The notes under the pieces were generated by a model. That model was not told the origin of the DNA, searched no databases, and saw only the letters and a list, made by a program, of their open reading frames with translations. This document shows, piece by piece, positions 1 to 9,300 of a stretch of DNA of 64,000 bases (positions are counted from its first letter, which is position 1; every line of letters starts with the position of its first letter). Source of the stretch: Klebsormidium nitens. Its lineage: Eukaryota > Plantae > Klebsormidiophyceae. Location: assembly GCA_000708835.1 (NCBI GenBank), contig DF237304.1:1-64000 (forward strand), given 5' to 3'. The position numbers were made by a program, and so were the translations under genes.

Positions 1-135
1 TTTTACTTGCTGAGCGACAGAATGAGAAATTTTGTCGCGAAGACGCGGCTTTAAAGCCGCGTTTCGGGTTAGAGGTTCTCGTTAAGCAGAGAACCTCTGT
101 TTTCAACTAACTACGATCGTTGAAAACTATCAATT
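1..135. repeat. Split direct repeat, copy A2 (truncated by window edge)
   Basis: Identical to 6012..6146; identity stops after ...AACTATCAATT. Confidence 0.95.
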
Positions 136-349
136 CTCAGCTATTAACGAGAACGTTAATAGATGATCGCAGTGCGAAGCACTGCGAATGTGTGATGGGA
201 AGGGACAGAATAGGGTAGGCAAGATCGGCTCGTGCAAGGCTCACACAGAACACAGAAGCAGTGTGAGGTTAGTGGAGGGAAGGCACGAGCGGGTTAGGGG
301 GGGGGTTAAGAGCAACCCGAAATCGCGTACCTGACCTGGGGCAAAATGG

Positions 350-1416
350 TCAAAAGAAACAGGCTTCGGCTTCGAACGCGCGCAGCTGTGCAATCGGGAT
401 ATCCTCCTGGAGGCCCAGGTTGCGGGTTGTGGCGAGCCGCGACTGGAGGGTTTCCCGGACGTATAAGTCCTTCGCGCGGTCAGAGCGCCAACGGCCGTGG
501 CGTTTGAACAAGCGGTCAGGGACATCGCGCGCGGCCGCGCCGGTTGCGCCACCGCGACGACCGGAGTGAGTTCCGTACAGCTTAGGGTTGAGACCGAGAA
601 GGGACGCGGCCTCCTTGAACCAGCTAAGTACGGTGTCGTAGCAAGGGGGGTTCGCCTTGAGGCGCTGAGACGGAGGGCAAACTAGAGTGGTACGAATTAG
701 AGAACCCGGTCCAGAGGTTTTGTACTGGCCGACGGTAAGGAGGCGTTCGATCAGGGCGACTGGGCAGAATTGGCCCCCGAGGCGAGCAACGAAGATGGTC
801 TCGCCCTTGCGATACTGGTCTGTTTTACTGTCGGGAACGTACAGCTCGAGGTGCGTACAGGAAAATTTCAGATCCTGCCAGCGGATCGCAATCAGGTCGT
901 CAAACCGGAAGAAGGAAACGTAGCACAAAACTATTGCAGAGAGTTTCATGAGACTATAGAGCGTAGCGGTCGGACCGGCCCAGAGGCTGAACAGCTGACG
1001 GATTTGCGAGGCGAGAAAGGGCCGCTTCTGATTCTGGCCGGCGAGTTTAATGCGACGAGCTGCTTCCCGGGCCATGCAAACGATTGGGTGGTTGGTTGGA
1101 GAAGGGAGGCCCGAGAGCGTGTGATTGAAGAAAACGGCGCCTGAGAAAGTTTTCAACGGGGCGGGGGAATTGGCGGTGCGGAGGAGACGCATCATGTACA
1201 AGGCTACTGTGATCGGACTCGACGGAAGAGCGGACACCCCTTTCTCGCTACACCACTCCTTATAACGTCGCCAGGGGCCGGCGTATTGCTGAAACGTTCC
1301 CGGGGCGCGGCAAACTAGAGCGGCGTCGTGCAGGTCGACAGAAAGTTGGGCAAGCTCGCGATCGGTTGATGAAAGGCCAGCAGCGCCGAGGTCGTAACTT
1401 TCGAAGTTGAACCAAT
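350..1416 (-). CDS. Tyrosine recombinase of the retroelement (frame open to 1693; predicted coding start at splice acceptor 1417/1416)
   Basis: Catalytic R (FFRFDDL), K (DSKTDQ), HxxR (THSGRR), H (RHGRW) and Y (DLYV) are present, as is the N-terminal TFQQYAGPWRRYKEWC helix. The ORF-track start at 1693 is TTG, not ATG. Confidence 0.95.
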
Positions 1417-1481
1417 CTGCGTTACAAATCAAAAGCGGAAGTAAGAAAAAATAAAATGAGGAAAGAAGAAAGAAACTGACC

Positions 1482-3520
1482 TCATGTGGAAAAATCGCAG
1501 TCGAGGACGAAGACGTCTGAAATGGGAACTCCCTTCCCGAAGAACCGGTCGCGTGACGCGCGCCCGGGGACCAGGACCTCCCGACCGGCAGGAAAGTACA
1601 GCTGCCGGTGCACGAACGGCGCGAAGCCGCGGCCCTCCGCGACGCTCCCGGAAAGCAACGGCCACCACGGTGCTGAGCGCCAGCCCAGAACAACCAAAGT
1701 CATACGCGCGCGGCACGCGCGCGCGTGGCGGAGCGCGGGGGCCACCAGTGCGGGGGGCGGAAAACAGTAGTTCCGCTCGGGGGATCCCCAATCCTGGGTG
1801 AAGGTGTTCGCGGCCGCCGCGCCGGGACACCAGAAGAACGCGTCGAAGCGAGGGAGCTTCGCGTTGTGCTCACTCGCGAATCTGTCAACCGTGAACGGCC
1901 CAAACTGCCGGGCGACAAAATCAAAAGTCTCGGGCGAGAGGCCGAAGTCATCAAAGTCTCTGATCTTGCTCAGGTAGTCTGCGTGGACGTTCTGCTCGCG
2001 AGGGAGCCATTCCGGGCGGAGCTCGATTCGATGTTCTGCGCAAAACTTGAAGATCTGAACGCAGACAGCCTGCAGGTGTTCCTTCGCAGATCCGCCCTTA
2101 GAAAGAAGCGTGAAGACGTTGAGAGCGTCGCCACGCGCCAAAACGGAAGAATTGCAGAGAAACGGACGAAAAGCTTGGAGGAGACGGAGAAGGCCGGTTA
2201 ATTCCCGCCAAGTTGAAGAGGCGACGCCGTGCACTTCATGCTGTTCCCAGGCGCCGTGCGCCTCGTGGCGCCCCTTGCCAATTTCGAGATGACCACCCCA
2301 GCCGTGGCCCCCTGCGTCGTAGTGGATGACGCGCAAAATGGAATGACGTCGCCAGATATCACGAGTCTGATAGAGCGGGAGATTAGCTTGCCAGAACTGG
2401 AGATCAGCGACAGCTGCAGCGTCTAAGGGGACCTTACTGTACCACGAAGTGCGGGACGCGAGCGCGCGGTGGAGCGAGCGAGAAAACAAGCCGGAAATGG
2501 GACCTGTAACTAGCGAGAAGGAAGTGATGATGCCTGTGACGCGAGCAAGGAGCTTGGCAGGGACAGCGCGAGGCGAACGGAGACAAGCTTGGATGGCGGA
2601 GCTGAGCTTCTGCTTTTGAAGAGCGGTCAAACGAAATTGGCAGAACAGAGTGTCGACGACAAATCCGAGGAATTTGACGACGTGGCTGCGACTGAGCTGG
2701 CACTTCTCTAGCGACACGACTAAGCCGGCTGCTGCGAGATCCGCCAAAACGGACGCCTGGACGCGAGAGAACTCGGCCGCCGAGCGACAAGTAAAGAAGA
2801 AATCGTCTATGTAATGGACCAGCTTAAAGCCGCGCGCGCGCCAGGACTTTGTGAGTTGTCTCATGACCATAGTGAAGACGTGGCAGGCTGGAGCGAGACC
2901 AAAAGGCAGCTGAGTGAAAACGAAGTACTGGCCTTGCCACTCAAATCCCAAGTATTTCCAGTGGGGTTCGTAAATGTCGATGTGGTGATACCCCGCTTTC
3001 AGATCAATCGTGAAAAGGAAATCTTGAGGAAGGCAGAGTTCGGAGATGAGCCGGAGGGATTCGTATTTAAACTTGGGGACTTGAAGAAAGCCGTTGAGAA
3101 ACCGAAGATCTAAGATCAAGCGGAGTTTGTCTTCTGCCTTTGGCACGACGCCAAGGGGACTAACCAGAAAGGGGGGGCGGTCCACCGGTAGAACTGTGCC
3201 AGTAGCCTTGAGGGAGCGGACAGCTTCCGTGACGAAGTCGGCGTGCTCAAACGCTGAGGGATGGTTGCGTTGCCGATGAGGCTCCAAAGGAGGGGAAGAA
3301 GTCCAAGGGAGCTGATAACCTGAGAGAAGGATGCCTAGAACGAAGGTCGAAGTAACGAACGACTGCCAAAACTGGACATGGCGTCGAAGTCTATGACGCA
3401 GCCAGGGCTCCTGCTTGCTAGCAGAAGGTTTTGACGCAGCAGCCTTTCCCGGGTTCTTAAAACCCTCAAATTCGGCGGCCTCCGTGAGGTCGGCAAGCTT
3501 ATGAAGGGATTCATCGGTTG
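1482..3520 (-). CDS. Reverse transcriptase - RNase H - adenine-methyltransferase-like polyprotein (frame open to 3587; predicted start at splice acceptor 3521/3520)
   Basis: RT motifs IDLKAGYHH, QLPFGL, YIDD. RNase H motifs YDAG, SSTWREL, RGD, NVHADYLSK. DIRS-type MT motifs VDRFAS...NAKLPRF and YCFPPP. The ORF-track start at 3587 is TTG. Confidence 0.96.
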
Positions 3521-4794
3521 CTGCGACAAAACAGTAGAAGAACGAGGGATGAGAAACGGAGTAAGGGAAAATGTAAAGAAAAAACAAAAAACATAAAACC
3601 TGAACGTTAACGTGAACGTGAACGGTAAAGAGGAAAGAGAGAGAGAGAGAGGATAAAGAGGAGCGGAGGACAGGAAAAGGGGAAATCTGAAGATCTCGCT
3701 ATAATAACAAAATAATAAAGCGGAAAAAGGGAAGAGGCGAAGGGAGGAGTTAAGTTGGAAAACCTATGCTAACTGCTGACCCTAGCTGAAGATTCAGAAC
3801 GACGAAGCCTAGAAAGAACCTCCAAACGAACTAGACTGACGAGCGGACTTAAGCTAAATGAATACTCTAAGCGACGTTCCTGCAGGTGGATCAGCAGGGA
3901 AAAAACTGGACGTGGACCAAGAATGGTCCAGAATCTGAGCTTAGCATCGTGTCCCCCTGAGATTAGACTTACTACTAGAGAATCAACCAGAGAGAAAAAA
4001 CCTGGGAGTAGTGGATCTGATCAGAAGCTCTGCAAAGTTACAACCTTGTTGAATGGATCAGGATGGTTGTCATCCACCTTTGGGGTAGAAACCCCAAGCG
4101 TAAACTTCACTTCCTCCAAGAGTTGGAATATGAGAAGGAAAAAACTAGGAAGAAACTCTCGTGAACGTTAACGTTAACGTGAACGAAAAAGAAAGAAAGG
4201 AAATGAAAAAAGGGGAGTGTGGAAAGGAGAGGAAAAGGAAAATCAAATTGAGTAGAGATAGAAGTTGCTCAACAGAAACGGAGAGGTCGAACCTAATCAC
4301 ATAGGATCTGTGAATTATGCAACGGACAAACGAATAATAATGATAAAGGACAGAGAAGAAAAATTTTGGCTCAGAGAGCAACGAAAAGTGGATCTGAGTT
4401 TGAAAACTCCCGCTAGTCAGCTCATCATGGCCAAGCTCTGATGGAGAAAAAATCTACATTCAAGAATGCGGCTGAGTGATCGAAGACAAACAAGCATGCA
4501 CTGAGAACTGATTGATGAAATAAGCAAGATTACAAAGGTTGGAAGACATATGTAGACGAAATCTGTTTCCATGCTGAATGTGAATTGCGAAGAATGAAGA
4601 ACGAACTTCCGTTATAATAGATGTCCTGGAGGCTAACCCATAGGAACAAAGCAACCTTTATCACTCAAGTCCTGATGAATGTCTCAGTGGTAACAGTTCT
4701 GTGTGACTACACTTATCTGCTGCTAATCTGCAGGCTATCCATGATGCTAACCAACCTTCTTGAAACTTGCTTGCTACCAGCAACCTGGAAACTA

Positions 4795-5766
4795 TCAATA
4801 GTACCGTTTCCCTGCGTTGGCTGCTATGTTGGCTGTGAGAGGACAGTCAGCTGAGAGGTGACCGAACTGGCGACATGACCAACACTGAGAGTTCATGCCA
4901 CGAGCGCTGGTCTGCAGAGAAGAACCTGGAGCGCGAGGGATGGGAGCGAGGACAGGAGGAGGGAGGGGGGCTGGGGAAGGGGAGCGGTTCGAAGGAAAGT
5001 ATTGGCTCTGGTAGATAGGCGAAGGAACTGGATTGAGGAATGGCTGAGAGACTGGCGAAGGCATGATGAGAGGCGAAGGAGGAGGGACGAACCAACCAGG
5101 AGATGGAGAGGGGGAACGAGAGCGAAAAGAGAAATTGCGGTTGCTGGCTTGTTGGGAAGGGTTTGATTTCTGTTCCTTGGAAGGTTTGGATGCTTCCTCG
5201 CTAGCTTTCCGTTTCTCTGCTAGGGACTTCTTTGCGCGGTTAACCAAGGAGAGTTCTGCAGGATCCTTCGTAGCCTCTTCCCGAAGACGCAGCATCTCAT
5301 CCGCTACCTCCTGACCCTCAGACTCCCAATCTTCCAGATAAAGCATGCGTTCAGCAATAGCATGCTCACCTTCATCACACTGGTTCTTGAGAGCCGCGAT
5401 TTGCTCCTCAGAGAGATCAGCCAGCGGAGAGGAACCATCGAGATGACCGTCGAATGCAGACTTGGCTTGGGACAGTGCATGCTGAGCCTTCTCCAGAGGC
5501 TCCATGTGTCTCTTCACTTGAGGGTTGGTCACCTTGTCTGATCTCTTGGGGATGGACTTCGCTTGGAGCTGCGCTTGAAGGGATTGAATCTGCTCTGATT
5601 GCTTGGCCAGGGTCTCCCGCTGCTCATTCGTTGACTGTTTGATCTGATCTGAGAGCTGCTGCATGAAGGCCTGGCTGCGAAGCGAAGCTTCGCGCACCTC
5701 CTTGACAGCTTCTGCGGGGGAGTAGACCTCATCCTCACGGTCGATTTCGTTAGCACCACCTGCCAT
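4795..5766 (-). CDS. Gag-like protein, 323 aa, with coiled-coil N-terminus, Pro/Ser-rich region and C-terminal CCHC zinc knuckle
   Basis: True ATG at 5766; CWSCRQFGHLSADC = CX2CX4HX4C; lies upstream of RT. Confidence 0.88.
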   Translation of the reverse strand: MAGGANEIDREDEVYSPAEAVKEVREASLRSQAFMQQLSDQIKQSTNEQRETLAKQSEQIQSLQAQLQAKSIPKRSDKVTNPQVKRHMEPLEKAQHALSQAKSAFDGHLDGSSPLADLSEEQIAALKNQCDEGEHAIAERMLYLEDWESEGQEVADEMLRLREEATKDPAELSLVNRAKKSLAEKRKASEEASKPSKEQKSNPSQQASNRNFSFRSRSPSPSPGWFVPPPSPLIMPSPVSQPFLNPVPSPIYQSQYFPSNRSPSPAPLPPPVLAPIPRAPGSSLQTSARGMNSQCWSCRQFGHLSADCPLTANIAANAGKRYY

Positions 5767-6011
5767 GCTCGAAGGCTGAGAGGAAGCTCCTGGAAATTGA
5801 CGAAGCTTTACGCAAGAAGAACACTCAGGTTGAACACGAACTGCATGCTGGCTAAAGGCAACGCTCGTTGATTAAGAAGGCATGAAAAGGAACGGATCGA
5901 AGCAAAGGCATGTAGCTGGAATGCACTTGCTAAGAAGGAAGCTGGAAGGAAGAAGAAGACGAAGGCATTGTTGAGGGGAAGCAAGGAGGCGCCGTCCTCC
6001 TTGCGCTGTGA

Positions 6012-6146
6012 TTTTACTTGCTGAGCGACAGAATGAGAAATTTTGTCGCGAAGACGCGGCTTTAAAGCCGCGTTTCGGGTTAGAGGTTCTCGTTAAGCAG
6101 AGAACCTCTGTTTTCAACTAACTACGATCGTTGAAAACTATCAATT
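6012..6146. repeat. Split direct repeat, copy A1 (5' terminus of the element; may extend further left than can be verified)
   Basis: Identical to 1..135. Confidence 0.95.
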
Positions 6147-6325
6147 TCAAAATTTTCCCAGGCCTGTCTTGACATCAAACAGACCCTGGTTTTGCGGAAC
6201 CCTAAAAGCGAAGCCGTTAACCCTGAGTTAGTCCACCTGCACAGGGCGAGTCAACTTTGCTGCTGGCCTCCTCTTTCCAGCTGCACACGTGAAGAAGGGA
6301 GGCGCTCTTTGCACCTGGGACCACC

Positions 6326-9300
6326 ATGGAGTGCGCCCTGCTGACCAGGGGCGGGCTGGGGGGCAGCACGCTAGCTCTACAGACCCCCAGGGCTACGTTT
6401 GCAGATACACCGGCGCGCCTGCAACAGAAAAGCCTCCTCTTGCGCCAGCATTCCCTCTTGCAATCCGGTAGCAGAACCTCATTCTTGAAGGAAGCCTCTT
6501 CTTTCCATACGGCCAGGCAATGCCGGCCACTCCTGCGCCGCTCCTCTGTCCGCGGCGCAGTGTCTCTGGCCGCTCCTGAAGCTGGTGTCCCCCCCCCAAA
6601 ACAGGCATTGGAGCTTGGTGGGGAAATTCCGCTGACAGGGCTGCAGCCTGTCGTGAGAAACTTGTCGCAGCCTCTCAAGCTAGGGGTCTGCGCACTCTTG
6701 GTGCTGGGATTGGGAGGAGCAGGGGCTGCAGTCGCAGGGAAAAACTGGATTTTCGGAGCGATTGGTGGGGCGGGTGTCGGACTCGGTGCGGCGTTTGCAG
6801 TGGATAAAACGCATAAGAGCCTGGCAGCCATAGAACTGCACAATGCTCTGGTGAAGCACCCAAATGTACTGAAAGTGAATAAGGCGGACATCCACGCGAT
6901 AGCTGAGAGGTACGCCTTTCGTGTTCTGGCTCAAGCATGGGTCCAGCTTTAGACAAACAATTAGTCAAATGTACTGGCAGATAGGTGGGTTCCAGAAACA
7001 CGATCGTTGTATGCTGGCTAAGTAGCAAGGTTGGGTGACAACTCGAGCAGAACTGCTCAAAGTTCGTATGTGGCTTGACCATTGTGTGTGCTGCTGCTCG
7101 CTGGCTCCAATACTAGGGGTTCGGCAACCGCCCTCACACAAGCACCTTCCATCGCAGGTATGGCGTCTCAACAAGCGATGAGAATTTCACCAAGGAGTTG
7201 AAGGGTCTGTATGATGCGTAAGTGCCCCCACCATTTCCACCATTTTTCGTAAAGTCACGCAATGCTGGTTCCAGGCAGTCCTTGGTGACCATTACCAGTA
7301 GAAGGCGTTCATCAATGTTGGTCCGCATACGACCCGTTGCTGCTGCTTCCAGTGACTCGAAAGAAGGATTGCTTTTGTTGCTTTGACCACAGCATCTGTT
7401 GATGTGACAAGTGGCACCGCGTAGAAGCTGCTTTTACCATTCAATTCTCTTGTGAAGCTAGTGCCATTGAAAGTACGGTTTGTCAATTCTGTCATCGTGC
7501 TCCGGTTGCTAGGACGGCCATCAGTCTCTTCAATGGCCCACTTTGATGCCAGCGGTCTAGAAACGTTTCGCATTTTGCTTTTTAGAGTAGGTAGCCCTGG
7601 AAGCACGTTCTTCAAGTGTTAGTCGGTGTTCATTTTATTTGTAAGTACCATCAATTGATATTTGAGTTAAAGTCTGTTGATTCATTGGCTCTTCAAGCAT
7701 CCCAAGTCGCTTCATGCTTTGTAGGTACCTCACGAGCATTCTGCCCCCAGGCAATGAGAACCTAAAGGGAGATGAGGTGGAGAAAATCATCGCGTTTAAG
7801 GACGCGCTTGGGTTGGAGGATGCAGATGCGGCGCCCGTTCACATTGAGGTGACTAGCCTTTGCTCCAAGGAAGGGCCTTATTCCTGTTGTTTCCTGGTCA
7901 CTGAAGAGCTTGGGAGGTCCGGCGTCCCTCAACCTGCTGTCTGCAAGGGCCAAATGCCCATGTTTTCCTAGCACACAAAATCGCTACAAGAAACTGCATG
8001 TTGCCTCGTAAAGCTGGCCCTAACTCCACCACTACCCTACTCTGTAACAAGGGGGAGACATGAATGGAAGGAAGGACGACGCGGAGTCCGGTTCGCTTTT
8101 GAGGAACCCCCTCCGCTGGAAGCCTTCAGATTGATGGTTCAAGCTGTGCTTTCATGAATGTCAACAGTCGATCCCCTGGGGTCTTTAGCAGAGGGGGTCC
8201 GCTACGATTGGCTGGGTGTCCACGTTCTTTGGCAAATCGTTCAGACAGGTAAAGAAAGGAGCTGATGCCTTACTTTCGTCACGGTGCTCGCAGCTCGGGC
8301 GGCGCATCCACCGCTCACGTATGGAGACTGGAGACAGAGAACTAGCCACGGCTGAGAGGAGGGTGAGAAGACCACCAGCCTCTTGGAAGTTGGATCAATC
8401 CAACTGTTGGCTGTCTGGTCGAAATTGAGCAGAGTCTCACACAGCATTGCTATGGAAATTCAAAGAATCTGGAGTTGTCATTGTCTGATTGTTTGTTCTA
8501 GCTCGTTTAGATTTGAAATCACAGAGGCTCCCATGTGTTCCCCGATTCAGGCGCTCTTTGCTGGCCCCTTTATAGTGACATTGGCTCAACGTAGAGGTTG
8601 ACAGGCTTTGTCCAGCCCTGGTCTTCAGCTTGCCCAGTCGACCGACTTGCGGCAGCCCCGGACCCGGGGGCAGGTGAGGAGTAGCTTTTGGCATAGCTTA
8701 TGGAGAAGCGAATAGCCCTTGGACTGGTGATCGCAGCTGCCCAGCATACTTTCTATGTCGTGTGCAGGCCTTCCAAAAACTGGTGTTTGTCTCCCAACTC
8801 GTCTTTGGAGATGCCGCCGGGTTCTTACTGCCTTGGAAGCGCTCTTTTGAGGTGAACGACTCTCAGGTTGCAGTCGCCATCAGGGACAACGGCCTGCGCA
8901 TCTTTTCAGAGGAGCTCAAGTCGTTGACAGGTAAGGCATCTCTACTATCGTACAAATGTTTTTGGAAAATCATAGTGCTTCTCAGTCTCGAGGATTAGAG
9001 AAAACAAAATGAGCGTGGTCAGCTTCTCCAATATATAAGGAGGTCAAGTGTCGGTAACGAGCCCTTTGCTTGTTACAAGCAAGGCAGTTGCGGGTATTCC
9101 ATTGTGAGAGAGCAAGGATGGCCCTTGATGGTTCTAAAGCCATGCCCAGCCAGGCGATTGACTGCGCAGTGATTATGAGACAAAGAAAAGAGATCCTAAT
9201 GAACGGGTCTTCAAAACAAGGTATGTCAGGGCCATTGCGAATATAGAGGCGTTTAGAAACTCCGATTGCAAGCTCACGGGGCTGATGTCACATACCCAGG

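Larger units (their letters stand above)
1..6146 (-). mobile_element. DIRS-order (PAT-like) tyrosine-recombinase retrotransposon; 3' end lies beyond the left window edge
   Basis: Minus-strand order gag (CCHC knuckle) - RT/RNase H/methyltransferase-like - tyrosine recombinase. Window 1..135 is identical to 6012..6146 (direct repeat), matching split-direct-repeat architecture A1...B1-A2-B2. MT domain plus direct repeats fits PAT-like rather than DIRS1-like (inverted repeats) or Ngaro (no MT). Confidence 0.93.

Noticed and set aside
1481-1484. Stop-codon readthrough producing a full RT-YR fusion
   Set aside because: Phase allows it after removal of the 64-nt intron, but nothing else in the sequence supports readthrough; kept only as a side note to the splicing finding.
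1482-1900. Methyltransferase-like domain as a novel defence or modification system
   Set aside because: It is the established C-terminal MT domain of DIRS/PAT polyproteins.
4400-4794. Hypermutated extension of the gag frame (many in-frame TAG after the gag stop)
   Set aside because: Restored translations show no recognisable motif and the flanking ORFs show no hypermutation; not supportable.
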